The notes under the pieces: generated by a model | What the model was told of the DNA's origin: nothing | Database searches by the model: none | The model's input: only the letters and a program-made list of their open reading frames with translations | Shown: piece after piece, positions 1 through 9,167 of the stretch | Layout of the letters: each line of letters starts with the position of its first letter | Numbering within the stretch: the first letter of the stretch is position 1 | Program-made: the position numbers and the translations under genes | Source: Bacteroidota bacterium | GTDB taxonomy: Bacteria > Bacteroidota > Bacteroidia > Bacteroidales > F082 | Reading direction: 5' to 3' | DNA length: 24,000 nucleotides | Assembly (NCBI GenBank): GCA_024279935.1 | Contig: JAJRQZ010000151.1 | Span: forward strand, 7,455 to 31,454

Positions 1-603
1 ACCCTCCAGAAGCTGGATGTGAGACGGTATATCATTTATTTCTCCATATAAATAATTATCCCCCGGCCAGCTGACGTTAACAAGCTGCCCGCTTTGTTTT
101 ATCATTGCCGAGAAATTAGCGTTTCGGCTTAAAGCCGACATAAGGGTTGAATAATGATCGGAAACGCCGATAACGATTCCCACGATGCCATCTTTGCCAA
201 TAACCCCCATTTCCTTTTTTATTCCGTGTATCTTGCCCTTATCGATAATAATCCGGTTCATTTGCATTTTGTTGGTAATGCTGATAATCCTTGCCGGGAG
301 AAAGCTATAAAGGGTGTCGAGAAAAACCGTGGACGTATCTGTTGCCAAAAACGAGCCCGCAACTTGATTTCGCAAATTGGCGTTGTCTTCCAAGAGTTGA
401 TTGTTTTCTTCTTTCAGGTAAAAATAATCGCTAAGGCCGGAATAGGTTTTCAACAAGCTGCCGCTAATATCGTTAGTGAGGCTATATCTTAAGGAGCGCT
501 GATAGGAATATGAAGCAGAAAGCATTCCGACGGAAATTGTTTCCAGAATCAGGAAAAGCGTAAAAAACCGATTATTCCACAAGAAAACGAACAAGTTCCG
601 CAT
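1..603 (-). CDS. mreC: rod shape-determining protein MreC (3' end cut by window edge)
   Basis: The minus-strand frame is open from ATG (603-601) to position 1 (201 codons; I checked every codon for stops). My translation is MRNLFVFLWNNRFFTLFLILETISVGMLSASYSYQRS..., with an N-terminal TM helix. It starts 18 bp downstream of the mreB stop, the canonical mreB-mreC order. The ORF track misses it because it runs off the window. Confidence 0.75.
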   Translation of the reverse strand, partial: MRNLFVFLWNNRFFTLFLILETISVGMLSASYSYQRSLRYSLTNDISGSLLKTYSGLSDYFYLKEENNQLLEDNANLRNQVAGSFLATDTSTVFLDTLYSFLPARIISITNKMQMNRIIIDKGKIHGIKKEMGVIGKDGIVGIVIGVSDHYSTLMSALSRNANFSAMIKQSGQLVNVSWPGDNYLYGEINDIPSHIQLLEG

Positions 604-621
604 CGGTTTTCAAAGTATTGT

Positions 622-1644
622 TTATTTGATCAAGAAAGTGAACTTATCAAAGTTTTTCAGGGCAATACCCGTTCCCCTGGCCACTGCGCGCAAAGGGTCC
701 TCGGCAACGTGCACCGACAACTTTGTCTTTAAATGAAGGCGTTTGTCTAGGCCGCGGAGCATTGACCCTCCGCCCACCAGATAAATCCCTGTACGGTAAA
801 TATCGGCCGAGAGTTCGGGGGGCGTGTTTTCCAGGGCGTTCAAAACGGCTGCCTCGATCTTAGAGATTGATTTATCGAGGCATTGTGCGATTTCAGTATA
901 GTTTACCTTGATCCCTTTTGGGATGCCCGTAAGCATGTCCCTGCCCAGAACCTCATATTCGTCGGGGGGGTTGTCAAGCTCGTCGATGGCGGCGCCGACC
1001 TCTATCTTTATTCTCTCGGCCGTGCGCTCGCCGATGTTTATATTATGCTCCTTGCGCATATATTCTTCTATATCGGCATTGAAGTCGTCGCCGGCTATCC
1101 TGATGGATGTGTTGTTGACGATCCCGCCCAAGGCGATGACCGCGATTTCGCTTGTTCCGCCACCAATGTCGATGACCATATTCCCGGTAGGCTCCAAAAC
1201 ATCGATGCCAATACCAATCGCGGCTGCCATAGGCTAGTGTATAAGCCTTATTTCTTTGGCCCCGGCTTGCTCCGCCGAATCTTTCACGGCTCTTTCCTCA
1301 ACCCCGGTAATGCCGGAAGGGATGCAAATAACCATCTTTAGCGCCGGCGGGAAAAGCGAGTTCTTCAACCCTATCATCTTGATCATCTCTCGAATCATAA
1401 ACTCTGCCGACTGAAAATCGGCGATAACGCCATCTCGTAACGGTCTTATGGTTTTTATGTTCTCATGTGTTTTACCATGCATCATCTGAGCCTTTTTCCC
1501 AATGGCTATGATTTTGCCTGTATTTCTTTCAAGGGCAACTATGGAAGGCTCATCGACAACAACTTTGTCGTTAAAAATAATAATCGTATTGGCCGTACCC
1601 AGGTCAATAGCTATTTCTTTACTTAAAAATGAAAAAAATCCCAT
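622..1644 (-). pseudogene. mreB: actin-like rod-shape protein MreB, one reading frame interrupted by an in-frame TAG at 1234-1236
   Basis: Track ORFs 1234..1644 (136 aa) and 622..1230 (202 aa) are in the same frame. They read ...AKEIRLIH*PMAAAIGIGIDV..., where MreB proteins have the conserved ...EPMAAAIG... motif, so TAG replaces a Glu codon (GAG/GAA). Together the two parts make a full-length ~340-aa MreB (DLGTANT..., DIGGGT..., GGGSMLRGLD). Confidence 0.9.
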
Positions 1645-1735
1645 ATTCTGATTGCAGTCCTGCTGCTATTTATTATGAATTCATACAGATTTGTTATTAT
1701 TGTTAACCATTAAAGGCAACAACAAACCGATCGTA

Positions 1736-1743
1736 CAAATATA
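1736..1743 (-). promoter_or_regulatory. candidate Bacteroidota -7 promoter box (TAtaTTTG) upstream of mreB
   Basis: Plus-strand CAAATATA equals minus-strand TATATTTG, an exact match to TAnnTTTG, about 92 nt upstream of the mreB ATG. No clear -33 TTTG is present. Confidence 0.3.
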
Positions 1744-1749
1744 GAAAAA

Positions 1750-3267
1750 TCAATGCTTAAAATGACGTATGCCCGTAAACACCATGCTCATTCCGTTTTT
1801 GTCGCAGTATTCAACCGAATCTTTGTCGCGAATAGAGCCGCCAGGCTGTATTACAGCACTGATGCCCACTTTGTTGGCAATTTCCACGGAGTCGGCAAAA
1901 GGGAAAAAAGCGTCTGACGACATAACGGCTCCTTCAAGCTCAAACCCAAAGCTCCTCGCTTTTTCGATAGCATGGCGCAGGGCATCTACCCTTGAGGTCT
2001 GTCCTGTCCCCGAACCTATAAGCTGTTTGTTTTTTGCCAAAACAATGGTGTTCGACTTAGTGTGCTTCACAAGCTTGTTGGCAAACAACAAATCCTCTAT
2101 TTCCCTTTCCGATGGCTTGGCTTTGGTAATTTGGCGCAAATCGGATACTGTTTCGGTTTTTAAATCCTTTTCCTGTACCAAAACCCCGTTTATCGCAGAG
2201 CGAAATAGCTTATTTGAAAAATCATAAGATTTTTTAAGCAGGATGATCCTGTTTTTCCTCGATTTTAAAATCACCAAAGCATCATTGTCATACGAAGGGG
2301 CAATAATTATTTCAAAGAAAATCTTGTTTATTTCCTTAGCCGTTTCGGCATCTATGTTCCTGTTGGTGGCAAGAACGCCTCCAAAGGCAGAAACAGGGTC
2401 ACCGGCCAGGGTATCGGTCCAGGCGTCGATCAGTTTTTCGCGCGAAGCCAGACCGCAGGCGTTATTATGCTTGATGACGGCAAAAGTGGTCTCGTCGAAA
2501 TCGTTTATCAGGTTGATGGCAGCATCCAAATCCAATAGGTTGTTATATGAAATCGCCTTGCCGTGCAACTGCCTGAAAACCTTATCCATATCGCCATAAA
2601 ACTCACCCTTTTGATGGGGGTTCTCGCCATAGCGGAGGACGTTCGACCGCATACTGCTATACTTGAAGGCCTCAACGCCGCCGGTATTCATCCAATTGAA
2701 AATAGCAGTGTCGTAATGCGAGCTTATATTAAAAGCCCGGGCGGCGAAATATTTTCTGTCGTCAATTTCTGTTTCGCCATTGTTTTTGTCGAGCAAGCCG
2801 ATTAGCTCGCCATACATTCCCGACGACGAAACAACCAGGACGTCTTTATGGTTTTTTGCAGCCGCCCTGATAAGGCTTATTCCCCCAATATCGATTTTTT
2901 CGATTATATCGCTCTCGTTAGCGGTGCTTTCCACCGTTTCCTCAAAAGGATAAAGATCAACTATTACAAGATCGAACTGAGGGATTGCGTATTCCTCCAG
3001 TTGTTCCATATCGCTATTGTTTTCCCTGCGGGACAAAATACCGCCAAAAACTTTGGGGTGAAGAGTTTTGACGCGTCCGCCAAGTATGGAGGGATACGAA
3101 GTCAGGGATTCGATGGTTTTTGCCTTGAAGCCGTTTTCGGTAATGTACTTATATGTGCCCCCCGTTGAAAACACCTCCACGCCCAAGTGCCTGAGCTTTT
3201 CCAGAACATCATACAGCCCATCTTTATAATAAACTGATATTAACGCTGTTGTGATTTTTTTTGCCAT
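1750..3267 (-). CDS. purH: bifunctional AICAR formyltransferase / IMP cyclohydrolase
   Basis: Intact 505-aa ORF. The N-terminal MGS-like domain (ALISVYYKDGL...GGTYKYI) and the C-terminal AICARFT region (...QPGGSIRD...MVFTGIRHFKH) are typical of PurH. Confidence 0.92.
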   Translation of the reverse strand: MAKKITTALISVYYKDGLYDVLEKLRHLGVEVFSTGGTYKYITENGFKAKTIESLTSYPSILGGRVKTLHPKVFGGILSRRENNSDMEQLEEYAIPQFDLVIVDLYPFEETVESTANESDIIEKIDIGGISLIRAAAKNHKDVLVVSSSGMYGELIGLLDKNNGETEIDDRKYFAARAFNISSHYDTAIFNWMNTGGVEAFKYSSMRSNVLRYGENPHQKGEFYGDMDKVFRQLHGKAISYNNLLDLDAAINLINDFDETTFAVIKHNNACGLASREKLIDAWTDTLAGDPVSAFGGVLATNRNIDAETAKEINKIFFEIIIAPSYDNDALVILKSRKNRIILLKKSYDFSNKLFRSAINGVLVQEKDLKTETVSDLRQITKAKPSEREIEDLLFANKLVKHTKSNTIVLAKNKQLIGSGTGQTSRVDALRHAIEKARSFGFELEGAVMSSDAFFPFADSVEIANKVGISAVIQPGGSIRDKDSVEYCDKNGMSMVFTGIRHFKH

Positions 3268-3400
3268 GATAAACTCCGTTTTTTCTAATTATGCATACTT
3301 TGTGAAAAGCCTTTTGCAAAATAACATGAATTAATTAAAACTTGTTATACTTTTACCTATTATTTTATATGATTAAATTCATTTAATAAAGTTTTTTAAA

Positions 3401-4642
3401 ATGATCGTCCTTAAACTACTATTCGAAAGTTTTTTGTTTGCCATAAACGCATTGGTTGTTAACAAAGTACGTACATTTTTGTCCTTGCTTGGGATAACAA
3501 TCGGTATATTTTCGATAATATCGGTCTTCACCGTTTTCGATAGCTTGGAAAATACCATTAAATCGGAAATCAACTCATTGGGCAGCAATGTGTTGTTTAT
3601 TCAAAAATGGCCATGGGCGATGGGGGGCAATTACCCTTGGTGGAAGTATTATAACCGCCCCGAGCCCAAAGTAGGCGAAATGGAGGAGATTTTAAAACGC
3701 AGCTCCACAATCGAAGAGGCTGCGTTCATGCTTGGTGTGAGCAGAAACGTTTACTATAAGAACAACGAAATGCAAGACATACCAATAGTTTCGATATCAC
3801 AGGATTATAATAAGATAATGCCGTTCGACCTGGATGCGGGGAGGTATTTTACCCCTGTTGAATCGCACCGCGGAAACAATGTTGCCATTATAGGGACCGA
3901 TATTGCTGACCAGCTGTTTCAGGGTATTGATCCCATAGGCAGGAAAATCAAGGTTTTTGGAAGAAAACTGGACATTATCGGAGTTACGAAAAAAGAAGGC
4001 GAAAGCGTTTTTGGCGATTCCAAGGACAACAGGGTTTTTATCCCGATTAATTATGGGCGCAGCGTTCTCGACCTTAGGAAAATAAGTTCAACAATAGTTG
4101 TAATGGCGAAAAAGGGGATTTCGAACGAACAGATGAAAGATGAGCTTGTTGGCATAATGCGCTCCATAAGAAAATTACCGCCACGAGCCGATGATAGCTT
4201 TGCTATAAACGAAACCGATATTATATCCAAGGGCTTCGACCAGCTGTTTGGCGTTATTGCCATGGTTGGCTGGTTTATAGGTGCTTTCTCATTGCTTGTG
4301 GGTGGCTTCGGGATTGCCAACATCATGTTCGTCTCCGTTAAAGAGCGCACTAGTCAAATCGGGATTCAAAAATCGCTTGGAGCAAAAAACTATTTTATAC
4401 TGCTGCAGTTTTTGTTCGAGGCGGTTTTCCTTTCGTTGATGGGGGGTATTGTAGGCTTGACGATAGTTTATGTACTTACCTTGTTCTCCGAGTCGATATT
4501 GAATTTTGAGCTTACGCTCACCTTCGGTAATATATTCTTGGGCGTTGTCGTGTCGGCTCTTATAGGATTGGTGTCGGGTTTTATTCCTTCGTATAAGGCC
4601 TCGCGCCTCGACCCGGTTGAGGCCATGAGGTCGAGTTTCTGA
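3401..4642 (+). CDS. ABC transporter permease, MacB/FtsX family
   Basis: 413-aa ORF with an N-terminal TM helix, a large periplasmic-type domain and a C-terminal FtsX-like 3-4 TM bundle (...KERTSQIGIQKSLGAKNYFILLQFLFEA...PSYKASRLDPVEAMR). No partner ATPase lies in the window. Confidence 0.85.
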   Translation: MIVLKLLFESFLFAINALVVNKVRTFLSLLGITIGIFSIISVFTVFDSLENTIKSEINSLGSNVLFIQKWPWAMGGNYPWWKYYNRPEPKVGEMEEILKRSSTIEEAAFMLGVSRNVYYKNNEMQDIPIVSISQDYNKIMPFDLDAGRYFTPVESHRGNNVAIIGTDIADQLFQGIDPIGRKIKVFGRKLDIIGVTKKEGESVFGDSKDNRVFIPINYGRSVLDLRKISSTIVVMAKKGISNEQMKDELVGIMRSIRKLPPRADDSFAINETDIISKGFDQLFGVIAMVGWFIGAFSLLVGGFGIANIMFVSVKERTSQIGIQKSLGAKNYFILLQFLFEAVFLSLMGGIVGLTIVYVLTLFSESILNFELTLTFGNIFLGVVVSALIGLVSGFIPSYKASRLDPVEAMRSSF

Positions 4643-4806
4643 TTTGCCCCGGAAAACCTTGTTGGTTTTATGGCTATTTAACCTTGTTCGCAATTGTTTG
4701 ATTACGAACACTATGCATGCTATTTACCTTAAATAGGCATTCAGGCCGATTTTAATGTTTGATGCAAATTATTAATAACTATCTTTACGCATTAAACTCT
4801 CCCCTG

Positions 4807-6584
4807 ATGGATAAGCGATGGATATTACATAAAAATGCAGATACAGAGAGTGTTAAGAGCTTATCTAAAGAACTTAACATTAATCCCAAATTAGGAACGC
4901 TTTTGTTTTATAGGGGAGTGAGCACTTTTGAGCAGGCAAAGCAGTTTTTCAGGCCCAAGCTCGAACACCTTCACGACCCGTTTCTGATGAAGGATATGGA
5001 CAAAGCCGTTGACAGGATTAATGAAGCCGTCGTGAACGGTGAGAAAATTATGGTTTACGGCGATTATGATGTTGACGGCACAACAGCGGTTTCCCTGGTT
5101 TACAGCTTCCTGAAATCGTTTTATAAAAACATCGAGTTTTATATTCCCGACAGATATAACGAGGGTTATGGTATTTCGTTCAAGGGAATTGATTATGCCA
5201 AAAGCGTGGGCGCAAAACTTATGATAGCACTTGATTGTGGGATAAAGGCAGTTGACAAAGTTGAGTACGCAAACAAAATGGATATTGATTTTATTATTTG
5301 CGACCACCATAGGCCAGGCGACAGTATTCCGGACGCCATTGCTGTTTTAGATGCCAAACAAGAAGACTGCAACTATCCTTTTGAGGAACTGTCGGGCTGC
5401 GGCGTCGGCTTCAAACTAGCCCAGGCAGTAGCCCAAAAAAACAAACTGCCCGACAAAAAGATATTTGATTTAATTGATTTGGTGGCTGTTAGCATTGCTG
5501 CCGACATAGTTCCCATTGTAGGTGAAAACAGGGTATTGGCGTATTATGGTTTAAAAAAAATAAATACTAATCCCACTAACGGAATATGTTCCCTTTTTAA
5601 GTCGGCAGGGATATTGCCCTCGACGGAGAAAGACCCGGAGTACTTTTTTACTAAAGAAATAACCATAAACGACCTGGTGTTTTCGCTGGGCCCCAGGATT
5701 AATGCCGCCGGCCGTATAGAAAACGCGACCAACTCCGTTCGCTTGCTGATAAGTACAAATACCGAATATGCCGAAAAATTAGGCGCCCAAATAAACCAGC
5801 TTAACTCAACGCGCCGCGACCTGGACACAAACATCACCAAGGAGGCCATTGCCCAAATAGAGAAAACCTGATAAACAGCGACAAGAAGACCACAGTGGTA
5901 TTTAATCCCGAATGGCATAAAGGTGTTATCGGAATAGTTGCGTCAAGGCTTATAGAAAAGTTTTATAAGCCTACAATAGTGTTCACCAGATCAGGAGAGT
6001 TTATCACCGGGTCGGCACGCTCGATAAAAGGTTTCGATATTTATGACGCCATCGACAACTCCAGCGGGATACTTGAGCATTTCGGCGGGCATACTTATGC
6101 GGCAGGACTGGCCCTCAAGCCGGAAAAATTGGAACTGTTTATCTCGAATTTTGAGAAATACGCAGGGGAAAACCTCGACGAGGAGATGATGACCCCTGAA
6201 ATCACAATAGATGAAGAACTTGACATATCGGATATAAACACTAAGTTTTTTAATATCCTAAAACAATTTGCCCCCTTCGGCCCGGGGAATATGTCGCCGG
6301 TTTTCAAGTCGAACAATGTTGTTGATACGGGATGGGCGAAAGTTGTGGGCAAAAACGGGCAAAAACATCTGAAGTTCTCCGTTGTTCAAACAACAAAAAG
6401 GGGAAACCCCGTTTCGGCCATAGGCTTTAACCTCGGCCAACATTATGATAAAATAAAGCAATCCGACCCCTTTAGCATCTGCTATCATATCGAGGAAAAC
6501 ACCTGGCAAGGAAAAACAAGCCTTCAACTGAGGATATTGGACATTAAATTTCCAAATCCCGACCAGGAAGATCAAGGTTCTTGA
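4807..6584 (+). pseudogene. recJ: single-stranded-DNA-specific exonuclease RecJ, frameshifted near 5863-5871
   Basis: Track ORFs 4759..5871 and 5895..6584 lie in different frames. The N part has DHH motifs (VYGDYDVDGTT, ICDHHRP) and the C part has the DHHA1 region (FNPEWHKGVIGIVASRL...GGHTYAAG). The second frame is already open upstream of 5871 and reads ...ENLINSDKKTTVVFNPEWH. One extra A in the AAAA run at 5863-5866 would restore a single ~590-aa ORF. The start at ATG 4807 (MDKRWIL...) is my choice; the track start is a TTG at 4759. Confidence 0.85.
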
Positions 6585-7100
6585 TCTTTATCGATATGGA
6601 AATTAGTATCACACCGAATATAAATGCCAGTACCCCACTAATGGTTACAAAAACCGCAGCCGACTGAAAAGGGTTGAAGAACAGTATTATACCAAAAACC
6701 AATGTTATAATTCCATTAATGAGCAATGTGTTCTTAGTGCCTTTGCCATAGTGGTGCTTCACGAGCAGGTATAATTGCAGCGCACCTAGCAAAATAGCCC
6801 AGCTCCCGATAACCACAACGAATATCTCAAGCGATTTTGAGTATAAAAAGTTAATAACGCACCAATGATTATCGTAATTATCGAAATTGCCATGTCAGCG
6901 GCATAGGGCATTTTGTTTTTCATATTGTTTACCACCCCGAAAAGCATCGCCAGGCCTATTATCAGCATGATTATCCCGAAATACATCACGATTGTCAGCA
7001 ATGTTGTTCGGGGAACGAACATAGCCATGAGGCCATATAAAATTGCAATTATGCCGTTAAAGGTTAATACCATCCAATTGTTTACAGTTTGTGATGACAT
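6544..7100 (-). pseudogene. HdeD/DUF308-like multi-TM membrane protein, frameshifted near 6835-6838
   Basis: Track ORFs 6786..7100 (104 aa) and 6544..6816 (90 aa) overlap in different frames. Both are made of repeated TM hairpins (NGIIAILYGLMAMF..., NGIITLVFGIILFFNP...), typical of the HdeD/DUF308 family (~190 aa in total). The downstream frame is open back to 6849 (FLYSKSLEIFVVVIGSW). One extra base in the T4 run at 6835-6838 rejoins the two parts. Confidence 0.7.
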
Positions 7101-7152
7101 GACAATAAATTTTTAAGGTAAAGATAAATGAAAAAAATGATATTTGGTCGGT

Positions 7153-8529
7153 TTAGATCTTTTTCAGCTTAAGGGTAAAATGCCTTAAAATAGGTGCTTC
7201 CTTAACAATTTCAAATCCTGTTCTTATTTGGTCGCGCCTGTCGAAAACATTGATTATCGCGGCTGCGATATAATCCATGTGATTATTTGTATAAACTCTT
7301 CGCGGTATCGCCAAGCGTAATAGTTCGAGATCGGGATAGCGATTTTCACCTGTTTCGGGATCCCTGTCGGCAAGTAAAGTCCCAATTTCAACACCTCTTA
7401 CGCCGCCTTCTATATATATTTCGATGCCAAGTGTTTGAGCGATATATTGTTCCTGGGGTACATTGGGCAAAAACTTCATGGCATCTATAAATATTGCGTG
7501 GCCGCCATAAGGGTACTGTATAGGAATACCGTAATCCTTGAGTTTTTTGCCCAAATATGCCACTTGCTTTATCCTTGTGTCGAGATAATCGAATTCGGTG
7601 CCTTCATAAAGTCCTTGTGCAAGGGCGTTCATGTCCCTGCCCGACATGCCTCCATAAGATAGATATCCTTCGAAAAGAATATTGAACACGCTGGCTTTAT
7701 CATAGTCTTCCTCGTGCCGGAAGCCGATAAATCCCCCCATGTTTACAATGGCGTCTTTTTTCGAGCTCATCGTCATGCCGTCGGCATAGGAAAACATCTC
7801 CCTGACTATTTCCCTGATGCTCCAGTCCTTATAGGCTTCCTCGCGCATCTTGATGAAATAGGCGTTTTCGGCAAAGCGTGCCGAATCGAAAAAAACCTGA
7901 ATCCCATACTTATCGGCCATGTCTTTAACGGCTCGCATATTTTCCATGGAAACGGGCTGGCCTCCGGACGAGTTGCAGGTAACGGTAATGATTATCAATG
8001 GTATTCTTTCTTTTGGGTTGCTTTTAAGAACATCCTCAAGCTTGTTTAAATCAACATTTCCCTTGAATGGATGATCCAGGGTGGTGATGAAAGCCTCGTC
8101 GATGGTGCAGTCGATGGCATGTGCCTTGCGAAACTCTATATGACCCTTGGTAGTGTCGAAATGCGAGTTGCCGGGAATGATATCCCCCTCTTTTATCTTT
8201 GAGGAAAACAATACGTTTTCGGCAGCCCTTCCTTGATGGGTGGGCAGGAAATAATCGAAACCGGCAATGTCCTTTATGGCATCCTTTAATTTGAAAAAAG
8301 AGGATGCCCCGGCATAGCTTTCGTCGCCCAGCATCATTTCCGACCATTGTTTGTCGCTCATGGCGCCTGTGCCGGAGTCGGTCAACAAATCTATGAACAC
8401 CTGGTTGCTCTTTATGTTAAAGAGGTTATAATCGGCTTCTTCTATCCATTTTATTCTATTCTGGCGGGTGCTTTTCTTGATCGACTCCACCATTTTTATT
8501 TTATATGATTCCGCAAATGGCAATTCCAT
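7153..8529 (-). CDS. tnaA: PLP-dependent beta-eliminating lyase (tryptophanase / tyrosine phenol-lyase family)
   Basis: Intact 458-aa ORF with family hallmarks: [40 protein letters not shown], and [13 protein letters not shown] (PLP lysine region). Substrate (Trp versus Tyr) cannot be decided by eye, so the symbol is tentative. Confidence 0.85.
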   Translation of the reverse strand: [458 protein letters not shown]

Positions 8530-8600
8530 TGTGTATAAATTAAAGTTTATGAAAATTAAAGTTATAAACCGCCTTCAGGGATGAAGGCCAAGGAATTATG

Positions 8601-8608
8601 CAAAACTA
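8601..8608 (-). promoter_or_regulatory. candidate -7 box (TAgtTTTG) for the lyase gene
   Basis: Plus-strand CAAAACTA equals minus-strand TAGTTTTG, an exact TAnnTTTG match 72 nt upstream of the ATG. It is followed in the leader by a 7-bp hairpin (8571-8588). Confidence 0.35.
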
Positions 8609-8779
8609 TCGCGTTTCTTAATTGTGCGATAAGTCATTTTTCGTGTAACTGTAAGAATACTGCACATATTAAATAATTCAGAATAATAGATGCCAAAGGT
8701 AATAAATTTTTCAGAATTTGTAACCTTCCCCAAAATGTTGCGTCAAAAAGTCAAAATTATAAACATAAAAAATTAAATC

Positions 8780-9118
8780 ATGGAATTAGAACCTATTTTC
8801 ATCACAGGAATAATATTTGGTTTTACGTATGCGGTTATCCATTTGTTTGTCAGGAAAAAAGAAAGGATGGCATTGCTGGAAAAAGGTGTTGACGCATCCT
8901 TTTTTATGAGCCCTCAAAAAAACCAGTCGTTTTTAGCGTTGAAAATCGGCCTTTTGTGCATAGGTGTGGCCGTTGGCGTATTGCTAGGCAGTATTTTATA
9001 CAATATTAACTTAATGAACGAAGAGGCCGCTTATTTTTCGATGATATTCTTGTTTGGGGGGTTGGGCCTGGTACTAGACCACTTTATCGAGAAGGCCGAA
9101 AGGAAGTTAATGGAATAG
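8780..9118 (+). CDS. small hypothetical membrane protein (3 predicted TM helices)
   Basis: 112-aa ORF with hydrophobic segments IFITGIIFGFTYAVIHLF, LKIGLLCIGVAVGVLLGSIL and MIFLFGGLGLVL. It is followed by a strong terminator. I cannot name a family with certainty. Confidence 0.6.
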   Translation: MELEPIFITGIIFGFTYAVIHLFVRKKERMALLEKGVDASFFMSPQKNQSFLALKIGLLCIGVAVGVLLGSILYNINLMNEEAAYFSMIFLFGGLGLVLDHFIEKAERKLME

Positions 9119-9123
9119 CGATC

Positions 9124-9166
9124 AAAAAAAGAGCCGCCTTGCCTTTTGCGAGACGGCTCTTTTTTG
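9124..9166. terminator. bidirectional rho-independent terminator between convergent genes
   Basis: The sequence is AAAAAAAGAGCCG...CGGCTCTTTTTTG. The 7-bp GC-rich stem is 9130-9136 / 9154-9160, flanked by an A-run upstream and a T-run downstream. It lies between the stops at 9118 (+) and 9168 (-). Confidence 0.75.
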
Positions 9167-9167
9167 C

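Noticed and set aside
1234-1236. Stop-codon reassignment or an alternative genetic code as the explanation for the in-frame TAG, TGA and TAA.
   Set aside because: All three stop codons also end well-supported full-length genes in this window: TAG at 9116-9118, TGA for purH and the ABC permease, and TAA for mreB, the lyase and mmdB. One example of each stop type does not fit a single reassignment.
4289-4711. 140-aa minus-strand ORF spanning the ABC permease 3' end and the downstream spacer; also 3379..3588 and 4051..4350.
   Set aside because: These ORFs are antisense to the FtsX-domain coding region. The proteins are highly basic and low-complexity, with no recognisable motif and no promoter-like box.
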